From contig MU004188.1 of NCBI GenBank assembly GCA_010093605.1, positions 623,673-687,672 on the forward strand: a DNA stretch of 64,000 nucleotides, written 5' to 3'. The DNA is from Lophium mytilinum. Its lineage: Eukaryota. Positions within the stretch are counted from its first letter, which is position 1. Each line of letters opens with the position of its first letter. This document shows, one piece after another, positions 35,958 through 47,561 of the stretch. Under the pieces are notes generated by a model. That model saw only the letters and a program-made list of their open reading frames with translations. It was not told the DNA's origin and searched no databases. The position numbers were made by a program, and so were the translations under genes.

Positions 35958-36657
35958 GTCAGTGTGACGCTTCTCCGAAACCGAGCACATCAGCAAAGGT
36001 ACGTTACTTGGTTGTTTGCATGCATGCACAGGCGTATGGTTTGGTTTCTCTTCATTTCCTGCGTAATGGATGTGCTATGGTTGGTGGATGGATGGCGGTT
36101 GGGTTTCGGCACGACTGGCGGATATCCATTGAGTGTGGCTCATGTGGGTACCGATATCGATGGATCGGCGAATCCATCAATCGTAAGATGATTTGACTGC
36201 GGTTGACGGGGGGGAGACTGTTGGACTTTCGGGTACGGCTGGCGGAAACTTGTGAAGCGTGGCTTATGGGGTGATGGTTCCCGAGGATCGGCGACTCCGT
36301 CAATCACAAGGTGGTACATCTGGTCAAGTTCACACGGTGCTATGCACTTGTTCGACGACCTTCATAAAACGAAAACCCTAAAACAACCTACAGCAGAGCA
36401 ATCGAAGCATGATATGCCTCTTGCACCACGCTCTCTCCTCGCTCTTTGATCGTGACTTGTGAAGGCAATATCAACTACTACATGCTAGGCGATGTAGTCT
36501 AAGCAGATCACATTAACAACAAAGCCTCCAGGAGTGAACACCCTTGTCATGGCAAGCAAACAACACATCTGCAACTCGTGAAGCCGTTATAAATTCTCAG
36601 GTGCATAGAAGTACATACAATTGTCGCAACCCTCATCCAACCCCTTCCCCAGACCCC

Positions 36658-37170
36658 TCAACTATACTTCTGTATCTCAGCATTCCGCTCCGTATCCCGC
36701 CGCGCCAGGTTATCCTTCGCCTCCTGCACCCTCGTCGCGTTCATCGTCTGCTTCTTCTGCTTGTCCAACTCCCCGCCGAGCTTCCCCTTCCCTTTCGATT
36801 GCTCTAACCGCGCCTGTCGCGCTCGTTAGCCTTATATCCCACCTGAACCGCCCGCTCGTCCCCTCGTTCCCTTCCGCGCGCCTCGCTCCCGGTCGAGAAA
36901 GGGAATACAGGAAGTACTGCACAGCTCACTCACCTCAGCAGCCCGCGCAGCCGCAGCCCGCGGGTCATCCGCCGCGCGCGCGGCCGTACCGCCGACTGTT
37001 TGCCCGCCGCCGCCGGCCGAGGCGCGCTGGGGCGGTTTCTGAGCGGGTTTTGAGGAGGGGAGTTTGGCGGAGGTGGGTGCGGCGGCGGGCGCGGAGGAGA
37101 GGGTGCGGCCCGGGGTCGCGAAGTTGTCGGCGTCTTTGCCGCCGCAGAGGCCGCTGCAGGCATTGCCCAT
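36658..37170 (-). CDS. Small N-myristoylation-motif protein, SVIP-like, 2 exons
   Basis: MGNACSGLCGG start, PGRTL and GQTVGG motifs, and DPRAAAARAAE|ARL joined across a GTGAGT..CTAAC..CAG intron. It ends ...RNAEIQKYS*. Confidence 0.7.
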
Positions 37171-38055
37171 TGTGTTTTTGCGGCTGCGCGTTGGGAGGGG
37201 AGGGGTGGCAGGAGCTGGGGAGGAATTGTAGGTAGGTGAGGTTGGAGGCGGCGGAACTGGAGGGGTGGAGCTAGGGAGGCGGAGGGAGCGTGGGGTGTGG
37301 GGTTGAAGGTGAGGCTGTCACGCTGTGTAGGATGGAGCTTGGGGTGGAGATAGTCTTGAGGTCTGGGGAATGTGGTTTTGAAAGAGTAAATATGGTTGTG
37401 AGGAGGGAGCGAGGATGATAGTTTGGAGAGAGATAGGTCTTTTGCGTTTGATATACTTCAACTTAGGTAGGCAGGCGATAGAGGTTGGTCGTTTGCGCTC
37501 TTGTCTTACCATGAAGCGTGGTTATGGCTGATCAAAATTGCAAATGAAACAAGTAGTACGTCTCCTCTACGTTTAAAGTATTCTACCTCCTTGGAGATGC
37601 TCTGCTTTCGAGCTTCTCGAGACCCCTGGTACCTGAATGGCACATCAGGGTCCGGTATTCTGCTGTCACGTGTGAGACCCATCTAATACTGGCTCGTGAT
37701 TGGACACGCTCTCGTTCCCCGAAATCTTCAACCTTGCCCCACCCAGGACCCTGAGCGACGACAGCACCACTGCGCGTTGTCGCGATCCTTTCTATACTCG
37801 TGAGCGCAAGCTTTTCCACGCCGTGTGTACCGTCTGGCCCCTCCGTCTGGCCGACAAGGAGGAAGTCTGCCCCTCCCTTGTGCAAAGTTTCAGGCACGTC
37901 AGCGATCGCCCGCAACTGAGCACCGTGATGGCTGCTCGGTACCGCCCTCTTCTCTGCCCTGTTAAGGCTGACCTGAAGACTTCTCAGGGTGCTAACTGGC
38001 TGTCCGTTTAGCTGAGCCTCAGTCTTTCGAAGACTCTTCCGCTTCCATCTCAGCC

Positions 38056-40378
38056 ATGTTGTCTCCTACAATGCCCTCCTTCGCTGGGTCCAAGCGGTGC
38101 GCCGCTGGCAACATTATCAACACCCTCAACTCCCACCAAGTCTCCTCCGACAGCGACCACCAGCCCCGCCATATCAACCCTAAACTCCTCTGCTGTGCCG
38201 CGGGGACCGACTGTCATTCTGCCATTCCGCATTTCCATGCGCAATCCTCGAGCCTCCAGCCATCCAAGTATCCTGCCATGCATCCGGACCCCGTAGACAA
38301 CTGGACGAAACCGCTCAATGACGACGAGTCTGGTGCTATATCAGAGGCTCGTTTCCGGGCTCTTTGCAGTGCCTGTGTCATCGACGACGACTGCCCTAAT
38401 AGTTGCGCAATCCCTTGTCCTGGCGACGATAAATGCCCCGGCGATGCTGTTGCATGCTGCGAAGCGCAGTGCGATATAGAGTGCCCTAGCACTCCATGCC
38501 CTCCATGTTTCAAGGAGGAGTGCCCCGACCCGTGTACCAAAATCTCATGTCCCGGCGCCCAATGCGTTTGCCCAGACTGTGAGGCGGATCCGTGCCCGCT
38601 GCAGCACAATTGGGACCCCTGCCATGTGAACCACCATACTTCATCGCTCCCTACCGTGGTACCATGTCCTAGCGATACGGCTTGCCACGCTCCTTTCGTC
38701 TTTGGGGCCAACCAAACGAACTCCCATGGCCAATCCGCTCGGGTGGAATCTTCATTTGATTCACAGCCTTCGTTCCACGGGAATTCGAGTCACCAGTCAC
38801 GGCCAATCGAAAACATGGATATCTTCTCTTCAGACACCAATACGAATGAGTTCAGATACTCTTTCCACACCAATGGACAACTCATACAACATCATTCTTT
38901 CTCTGACGCCCACAATTGTCTTATCGATGTGTCCTTTGAGCATTGCTACTACGGCCCTCATTCTTGCTGTCACATCGGCGCCGGAACATGTGAACAGTGC
39001 CAAGAGGCATCTCAGAGTAGTCACAGCATATCACGAGGCTCGAATTATCAACAAATTGGATGTTGGGGGAAACACAGCTCTTCTACGAATCACCACTGCC
39101 AATCCTTCGCGCAAAGAAACATGCACGGATTCGAATACTCCCACAATCACACATCAAGCAGTATGAGCAGTGAGCCAACGGAGCCGTCAGCAAGCTCTCT
39201 AAACCCGTTGTCATCTTCTTGGCTATCGGGCAGCCAATCTTGGGATAACTCAATGCCTCAATTCTTAAATTCAGACCTTCGATCAAGCCTCATACATTGC
39301 GGCAACGTAAACATGATGCCTGGGAAGTATCAAGGTAACAGTGCTGCTTTGTCATATCCCTCTCCGATATCAAAACCAGGGACTAGCTCCGGAAAAACGA
39401 CTATGTGTGCGTCTCCTATTGGTGACGACCCAGCATCGGGGCGGGTGTCATCAATATCAGTGGGGCTGTCCTCAGAAGATGATTCTGGGGACCATACGCG
39501 CGCCCCCTCTCTCCGTCAAGACTTCGGACCAACATCGAAAGAGCATGAAGCTTATATCTGCAGATGGAAGCCGAGCTCTTCCGCAATCTGCCTAGACCAA
39601 TTCCAATCTGCAGAGGCTCTTCACAACCACATCAAAGCCTGCCACATTGGCAAGATGAACGGTTCTTGCTTTTGTCAGTGGGAGGGCTGCGATGAAGACC
39701 ACACCAAGGACTTCAAGCAACGCTCGAAGTTGGCCAGACACTTGCTTGTGCATGCTGGCTGTACGTTGCAATCTCGTATAGTTTGAATCGGTGTATCATA
39801 CTTACAACATCACAGACCGGCCCTACAAGTGCGGCCATGATGGGTGCGAGAAGACTTTCGCCACCAACCAAGCCAAAGACAACCACGAGCGCACTCATGC
39901 AGGCGACAAGCCTTACCAATGCAAGCACTGTTCCTACGTAACAACCACGGCTACTCAACTCAGTAAGTTACCCCCGACGCCCACGCCCTATACTCCCTAA
40001 CCGCGTCCGCTTCTCGCAGAAACCCACATCAACGCCAAACACATCAAAGACAAATGCTTTCACTGCCGCATCTGCGCTTTCTGCTGTGCCGATTCCTCAA
40101 ACCTCTCCAAACACGAGAAAACCCATCGCTCCCGCCCTTATCGCTGCTTACACCCCGGTTGTACATTTAAAAACGACTGTCGGTGGGAGAACGTGAAGCG
40201 CCATTTTAAGAAGTCGGGACACTGCCCAGAGCTGCTGGTCGATGATTCCCCGGCGCAGGTGCGGTATAAGCAGGAAGCAGCGGAGCTCGCAAAAAGGGAT
40301 CCGCTGCCGAAGAAGGTGAGTCGAGTGAGGCGGACGGGGGAGGTCATGGGAAGAGAGGAGGGCGAGAGTAGCTGTTGA
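38056..40378 (+). CDS. C2H2 zinc-finger transcription factor, Zap1/ZafA-like, with a Cys-rich N-terminus, 3 exons
   Basis: Six fingers after splicing: the first two are of CxW type (CRWK..C, CQWEGC), then KC.HDGC..H..TH, QCKHC, CRIC..DSSNLSKHEKTH and RC.HPGC. Confidence 0.85.
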
Positions 40379-40631
40379 GTTCTTATGGGCAGTCACTACG
40401 GTAAGTGTTTGTCTATACATTCTCGGCGCTAGGGTTGGTTACCTAGGCATGTGGCGTCCGGTGGGAAGTAATGAGGAAATGTGCTTCTGGATAATTCTGG
40501 CGTATGCTGGGGAGCGTGCTGGGTATCGCCGCTACAACTGTAAGCTGTTCTCAACGGGTCGCGCTTTGCATACCGTTTGCATCTCGATTTCAGTGCTTTG
40601 ATGTTGAGCCCTTCACAGAAGGGGTCTCGAC

Positions 40632-42270
40632 GAGGGAATACGCTGCGTGACCCTTTGCCTCTCCTAAAATCATCTTAACGCGGTTGATTCCGCTGAAAAT
40701 TCTTATTAAAGCAAAGGCTCTGGAAGCGGAGGTCCTTCGGCAGCTCTTCTTATCCCTTTTGTCGATGACCTGGTTTAGAGCCTTTTAATTCCTGATTGAA
40801 AAAGGAGCTATATAAGGGCACGCCGTGTGCGCCCCCACGTCTGGTGAAAAAGGCTCTCACGCGGTTGAATATGTAACTTCATTTAACCAACTCGCGGATT
40901 TCTAGGGTGGAAGCACCTTAGCCGGTCTTATTATCCCTTTTACCGATAACCTAATTTAAAACCCGTTATTTCCAGGTTCAAAAAAGAGCTATAATAAGGG
41001 CACGCCGCGTGCCCCTCCGCGTCTAGTAAAAAAGCTCTAACGCGGTTTAATATGTAACTTCTTTTAACTAAGTCGCGGATTCTTAGTGTGGAAGCACCTT
41101 GACAGTTTTCCTTGAGCTTTTGTTAATGACCTGATTTAGGACCTGTTGCTTCTGGCTTGCAAGCATGGTACACTGCGTACCCCTCCGCGTCTTACTAAAG
41201 AGACGCTTATGCGGTTGAATCCGTTAAAACTTGTAACTAGACTTTGGAATTAGTAAATAGAGGTGCTCCGATAGCTTTATTTCAACCTCTTAATTAGGTC
41301 CTAATCTAGGCCCCGTTGCTTTTAAGATAGAAAAAGTGTTGCGAAAAGGGCACGCGGCGTACCCCTCCGCGTCTATCAAAAAAGCTCTCATACGGTTGAT
41401 TCCGTTGAAACTTATAACTAGACCTTAGTATTAGTAAGCAGAGGTGCTCCATTAGCTTTGTTTGAACCTATTGACGAGGTCTCGATCTAGGCCCCGTTGC
41501 TTCTGGCTTCGAAATAGGACACGCGGCGTACCCCTTTGCGTCTATCAAAATTCCTCTCACGCGGTTGATTCCGTTGAAACTTGTAACTGAACTTTGGAGT
41601 TAGTAAGCAGAGGAGCTCCTACTTTTTTCCTTGAACCTCTTGACAAGCTCCTGATTTATGGCCCGTTGCTTAAAGGAATACGCGATGTACCCCTCTGCGT
41701 CTATCGAAATTCCTCTTACGCGGTTGATTTCGTTAGAACTTGTAACCGGACTTCTAACCCGATGAGCGGAGGCGCTCCAACAGCTTTTCTTGAACCTCTT
41801 GATAAGCTCCTAATCTAGGGCCCGTTGCTTAAAGGAGCACGCGGCGTACCCCCTCGGCGTCTACCAAAAATTCACTTGCGCGGTCAATCTCGTTAAAATT
41901 TGTAACTGGACTTCCAATCTGATGGGCGGAGACGCTCAAAGAGCGCAGCCACATGCTTTTGATAGTCCCCTGATATAGACGCCGTTGCTTCTAGGTCCAG
42001 AAATGGGCTATATTATGGGTACGCTACGTACCCTCCGCATACCCCTCCGCGTCTATTAAAGTCCTCTTACACGGTTGATTTCGTTGAAACTTATAACCGG
42101 ACTTCAAATCCAACGAGTAGAGGTACTCCAACAGCCTCTCCTGAACCTTTTAGCAGAGGCCTTATCTAGGGCCCGTTACTTCCAGAACAAAAAGCAACTA
42201 CAACGAGGGCACGCAGCGTACCCCTCTCCGTCTATCAAAAATCGACTCACGCGGTTGATTCTGTAACAAC
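40632..42270. repeat. Tandem repeat array D: 10 units of 159-191 bp
   Basis: Anchor CGGTT(GATTCCGTT) occurs at 40681, 40862, 41043, 41212, 41393, 41562, 41721, 41881, 42072 and 42252 (spacings 181,181,169,181,169,159,160,191,180). Each unit has GGGCACGCnGCGTACCCCTCCGCGTCTA and GGCCCCGTTGCTT variants. Confidence 0.95.
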
Positions 42271-42548
42271 TTCTTACCAAAGAAGAAAGTCTCTGGGCGG
42301 TGGTGCTTCGCAAAGGCTTTCGTGATCCTAAATCCGAGTAGCTGATTTGAAGGCTGGTGACGGTGGAGTAAAAAGGGGTCACGGCTCTACTCTTTCTCGC
42401 GCACATGCAGTGGCCAAGCTGGCATATACCTTGGTGGGTTAAAAGTGAGTTTAGTTTCTATTGCGTCCACCTTTCTAGGATAACTACAAACCTAGATCTG
42501 CATGGCTCTTCTTTCGCGCACTGAATGTTGCCTCAGTCCCAGGGAACA

Positions 42549-43608
42549 TCATGCTAGGCCGATAACACCGATCTTCAGATAGTCCGGATTACTCTCAATC
42601 CGCTCACGAATCGGACCCTTCAAGAGCTGCTCCACGTCCCAGCCTGCCCACACGAAGCGGCCATGGAGGAACGCTGCCTCTGGGGACGCAGCCCAGACAG
42701 CAAAATGGCCGGGAAGTTTCGCTACCACAACCAAATTTAGCCCTCATTGTTACCATTTTGGTCAAGGAAGGGGGTTCTTGAACTTACCATCGTCCCAGGG
42801 GAGGTCAGCCGGGGCTCCGGCGCTCTTAGCATTGTCGGTGTAGATGGCTCCAGGGTGATAGCTAATGATCTGAACCTTCTCGACCGGCGTCTCCTCAGCG
42901 ATTAGTTGAGTTAACAGGGTGCTCGCGTTCTTCGTGGCGCCGTAAGTTGGCCTGTTAGCAGTAACCTCAAAGTCGTGGATGGCCATTGTTGCTATGTTCA
43001 GGAGCGCCTACATAATAGGAAAGTCAGCAGGTATTCCAGAAGTAGCAACATTGGTACTATTTCACCTTTCTCTTCCCATTCGGAAATGCATCAATATGCT
43101 TGATGAACTTCTCCGTTAAGAACAGATTTCCATGAACATTCGTCTCGAAATCCCTCCACACCTCTTCATGACCGAGCTCGACCAAAGTGGCCGGGCGAGT
43201 AAGCCTAACGGCACTCAACACGAGCACATCTACCACGATCTCCTCCTTCTCCAGGCTCGTCCAGAGCGCCTCGACGGCCGCAAAATCAGAGATGTCGCAG
43301 GGTCGTCCGATGACCTCAGCCTTGTGACCCGGCGTCGCTTTCAGTTTCGCAACCGCTGAATCGAGGGAATCGGGTCGGCGAGCGACCAAAATGATTCTAG
43401 CGGCCGATGCAAGTGCAAAGGCTTCACCTGTGGCGTAGCCGATACCTGTGGCTCCTCCAGTGATGAGAACAGTCTTTCCTGCGTGCGAAAGCTCTGGGCG
43501 CGAAGTGGAAATCGCAGGGTATGTATTCTTTTTTAGAGGTCCTGTGAAGGACTTTGCAATTTGGTTGGGGATGCCCTCGAAGGTTTTTCCGACTTCTGGT
43601 GAAGACAT
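42549..43608 (-). CDS. Short-chain dehydrogenase/reductase, 3 exons
   Basis: VLITGGATGIG Rossmann motif, YGATK catalytic motif, SYHPGAIYT and AAFLHGRFVWAGWDV. Confidence 0.9.
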
Positions 43609-43919
43609 TTTTGAGGTGATTTGGAAAGGATCTAGGGACGACGACGAGTAAATAGGTAATTAAGAGAGGTATTTGTGAGCTTGAAAGGCGTTGATGGATT
43701 TCTGTCTATTTAGGGGAGAAGTTTATATACGATTCAAATGCCTATGGACAAGCTCATACAGCATATTTCCAAGCACGTACTATGTCGGAGTTTCTGGTGG
43801 AGTTTGACGACACTCATCGATCAAGCCTTGCTAACTAAGCACTGTACTGTGTACTCTGACGAGGCGCAATCTATCGACTGCGAGCCAGTCTCAAAATAGC
43901 ACTCGGCTAGCCTTCTTTG

Positions 43920-44045
43920 TGTTGCAAACTCCGCAGTTCTCCGCCTCCGCTGGCGGAGTTTTAGTAAGCCTCCAAACTCCACCACCATATATCGAGGGCT
44001 CTCCACCATGTTTCCCGCAACTCCACATCCGGAAACTCCACTCCA
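43920..44045. promoter_or_regulatory. CGG/CCG-rich cluster in the shared SDR/Zn2Cys6 divergent promoter
   Basis: CTCCGCAGTTCTCCGCCTCCGCTGGCGGAGT and TCCGGAAACTCC. Zn2Cys6 factors are known to bind CGG triplets. Confidence 0.35.
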
Positions 44046-44105
44046 CTGCCAAGAACCTACGCCTAATGTTCAATGTTTAATTATACATCTTCCTAGAATT
44101 ATACC

Positions 44106-45305
44106 ATGTCCACCACCACCCGTGCCAAAGCGTGTAGAAGCTGCATCAAATCCAAACGCCGCTGCACCCGCGAATACCCAATCTGCAAGCGCTGCACCAC
44201 CAAACAACTCAACTGCCACTACGACCGCCTCCCCCCTAAACCCACCCCCCAAGCCCGCCTCCACACCCCCAGCGCCACAGATGCCTCCCTCTCCCCCAGC
44301 GCCTCACTGGCGCCAGCCCCAGAAATCTTTCAACCCCAAAACCTCCCCCCAATCATCCCCCCGGACACTTTCTCATTATCAAACCCAACAAACCCAGACC
44401 CCTTCTTCACCCCCGAAGACCTCGGCCTCTCCATCTCCCACGCAACCCTGAAATTCTACGTCCGCGAAATCCGCTCCTGGGCCTCGCAATGGATCTCGCA
44501 CGGCCGCACCCCCTTCATCCACTCCCACCTCTACCACCCCCACCTGCCCGCCAGCATCCAGGACGCGTACAGCGGCTGCACGCTGTACTTCGCCCGCAAT
44601 GCCCGCAACGAAGCCCTGACCTTCCAGATCCTCGAAGCGCACGTGGAGAAGCTCGTCCGCGTGAACACCTCGTGCGGTGGCGACGGGGAACCATCAAGCG
44701 TGCAGGAGCACCTCGCGCGCGTGCAGGCGTTGCTCATCTCGCTGATCCTGCGACTGTTCGACGGGGATGTGCGCCAGCGCGCCATGGCGGAGCTGCAGCT
44801 GCCGACGCTGGAGCGGTGGACGCGGGAGATGTGGGCGGGGGCGCTAGCGGCGTTTCCGGGGATCCAGGCGGATGAGGAGGGGCGGGCTGATGCGGCTGGC
44901 GCGGGGGAGGAAGAGTGGCGGGGCTGGGTGGTTCAGGAGTCTGCGCGCCGCACGTGGTTGACGGCGAATATGACGCTGTCTGTGTACTTGACTATGAAGC
45001 AGGGCTGGTCGGGGTGTCCTGGAGGGCTGAAGTTCGATGCTAGCCGGGCGGTGTGGGAGGCGCCGAGCTTGTGGCTGTGGTCGAAGGCATGTAAGGATAC
45101 GCAGAAAGTGGATTTGTGGGTAGATACGTGGGATATCGGGAGTCTGATGAAGCGATGCGGCGCGGAGGACGTGGATGCGTTCGGGCGGCTGCTCCTGGTG
45201 ATTTCCCTCGGTTTGGAGAAGGCGGAGGCATGGATCGAGGCCGGACGTGAGAAGGAAGGCACACCGTTAGTAGTGTGTGGTGGTGAGGTGGTGGAGATGG
45301 GATAG
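44106..45305 (+). CDS. Zn(II)2Cys6 fungal transcription factor
   Basis: ACRSCIKSKRRCTREYPICKRCTTKQLNCHY binuclear cluster; TPFIHSHLY, LARVQALL and WVVQESARRTWL middle region. Confidence 0.92.
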   Translation: MSTTTRAKACRSCIKSKRRCTREYPICKRCTTKQLNCHYDRLPPKPTPQARLHTPSATDASLSPSASLAPAPEIFQPQNLPPIIPPDTFSLSNPTNPDPFFTPEDLGLSISHATLKFYVREIRSWASQWISHGRTPFIHSHLYHPHLPASIQDAYSGCTLYFARNARNEALTFQILEAHVEKLVRVNTSCGGDGEPSSVQEHLARVQALLISLILRLFDGDVRQRAMAELQLPTLERWTREMWAGALAAFPGIQADEEGRADAAGAGEEEWRGWVVQESARRTWLTANMTLSVYLTMKQGWSGCPGGLKFDASRAVWEAPSLWLWSKACKDTQKVDLWVDTWDIGSLMKRCGAEDVDAFGRLLLVISLGLEKAEAWIEAGREKEGTPLVVCGGEVVEMG

Positions 45306-46100
45306 GAGACTGGGTAAAGGCTTGAAGCATAACCCTTCCGCTGGCATCTTTCCTGCCACTGCTGGCCCCCTCTAGCGCTATGACGTGGAGGCGTGACTTC
45401 TCTCAATTTGTTTCAAAAGCACCGCTTGACCTGGCAAACTACCTCCTGGTGTCAGACTCAAGATAGGAGGTGTGTTGTCGATCTATTTTCGAAAAGGCCA
45501 TTAGACACCGGAAGGTTCGAATGTTCGGATTCCGAGGTTTGGACATTTCTGGTCATTCTTGGCAGCCGCGAAGCCTACAATACACTTGGGAGCACCGCCA
45601 ACAGAGCACTATGACGTCCCCATTAGCGTTCTTTGAGATGTAAACTAACGCTTACCTGGCATCTACTCACTAGAAGGCGTCGAAGCAGATTCTATTATTT
45701 TCGAGGATGCTATTATCCAAGTAAGGTATTTGACTTCCAAGACTGTATATCGAATACGTAGATCGTAAAGATCCCAGTCTGGGAATACTATTGTGAATCC
45801 AGTATCCAAGGTTCAGCCTTCTATGGCTTCCAAAGGCCCTGGTAATTGCTACTACCGGCCGGATGCGACAACGAAGGCCTTTTCCGAGCCTCAAGGAGGA
45901 CGAATCGGCTACTCTCCATGTGCTTGAGTTCTACAAGCGGTGGGTCGGAGAACACATCGCATAATCCATCCTTCTCGGTGCGCTGCAGCTGGCCAGGAGT
46001 TGACGTTGCTTCAGTTTGAGAGCTTGGCAGGCAGACAGGTGGGCTATGGTTCCTCGGGAAGTAGGGGAGCCACCAATCTCTGGCATCAGGTCCATTCCTC

Positions 46101-47394
46101 TCACCGGCCCCTACCTCTCCCTCGTCCACGTCCTCTGAATCCACCCCGCTTGCCGCCCCGCCCTCGACCTATCCGTTCGTAGAGCTTCTCGTCCTCAAAC
46201 GGAGCATCCGCGATCCGAATGTAGCTAGGAATGCCATTATCCACTACGGCCAGGATGATATTCCGAGATCCATATTTTAGTTTCTGGTACATCTGGGTCG
46301 ACGGATTTGGCAGATCGTAAGGCGTAGTTGCAAGAAGATCATTCAGTTCGACCATTGTAGGGACTGCAGTCTCGCGGGCGTTGATTACCGCGATGCGGTA
46401 GTCCGGTGGTCCTGGTTTTGATTTCCTAAACTGTGAGACCGGCTTGTAGACGTCGAAAGTGATTCGGAAGGGGTTAGAAATGTCGTCCGGAAGCATAAAC
46501 TTTGGCGGGGCAGTTCGATCGTGCCGTGGTATGACCTCAAGGAGTTTATAGATGTCCGTCCAGTTCCGATACAGCCCAGGCGTCACCAGCGGACCTAACT
46601 TAAATCTCTCCAGCGAGTCTGATCTCTGTAGTCTGAATAGCCGCTTCCATAACTCCCCAAAGAGTCCTAGTCCCCAATACCTCTCCTGTGCCTTCTCTTT
46701 CGCGTGGCCTACCTTCGAGAGGTTCAGTTCGACCTTTGCATCGTGCCACGTTCCTGTCCTAAGCACGATATACCCCGCCCTCTTCAGCCCAGCATAGACG
46801 TTATACATCTCTAACGTCAACCTTCCCCCAACACCGCCCTCCATTCCTATGAACGCCGCATAAGCCCCCTGCAAGCTCATCGGTACCCCTAATCCTTCTT
46901 CTCCTTCTTTTACTGGCCACCTCACGTCCAGACTTCCTCGCTCGAGCATGAACAGCGTCTCCTCAGGTAGCAACCACTCCTTACCATTCGCAAATCGCCC
47001 AATGGTTTGGAAGTGTTGACTCTTGGCTTTCTCCACGGACGCCATGTTTGACGATGGCTCATATATCGCGACCATGTGGTTTTTCGGCGCATGAATACGT
47101 GGAATAGATAGCGCCGTGTGCATGGCAGCGCGCGAAGCGGCGAGGGTGTCGGTCTGGCGCGCGGTAGCATGGGGTTCAAAGTCTTTTTCGCCGCGCTTGG
47201 GTATCTTGGGGAGGTCGGTGCCGGTGATGCTGGATAGTAGTATGGTTAGTGGGTGTTCAGAGCTGTTGCTGAGAGTAGTGGGGGGTTTACGAGAGGGTAG
47301 AGAGGAAGCGGAAGTCTTGCGTCTCGTCGCTGAGGTCGATGTCGCCTGCTCCGCCGCCGGAGAGCTGCGGCATATCCTCGTCTTCGTCGGCCAT
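46101..47394 (-). CDS. SEN54: tRNA-splicing endonuclease subunit Sen54, 2 exons
   Basis: DLSDETQDFRFL|..IPKRGEKDFEP, WLLPEETLFMLERG, VYAGLKRAGYIV, FRKSKPGPPDYRI, ILAVVDNG and an RG-rich tail. Confidence 0.92.
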
Positions 47395-47561
47395 AATGAT
47401 AAGGTTTGGTGGATATATCGAGTATTGAGTGTGTGGTGTTGAAGTGAGTGAGAGAAAATGCGTGCATGACTCGGAGAAATAATTTGGAGCTTGGACCAAC
47501 ATTTATCAACGTCAACCTCACCCCGCCCGAGGGGCTTCAAAGTAGCAGCAATATCATCACA

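Noticed and set aside
37190..37310. G-run cluster as a G-quadruplex element
   Set aside because: It is simply the complement of the C-rich 5' leader of the SVIP-like gene, a common fungal composition.
40632..42270. Array D as a CRISPR array, tRNA cluster or decayed protein-repeat gene
   Set aside because: Whole units are homologous, so there are no unique spacers. GGTTGATTCC only resembles a tRNA B box (it lacks the C) and no cloverleaf is evident. Most unit lengths are not multiples of 3.
45670..45963. Protein-like fragment SLKEDESATLHVLEFYKRWVGEHIA* on the plus strand
   Set aside because: Too short and broken to support a pseudogene call without a homology search.
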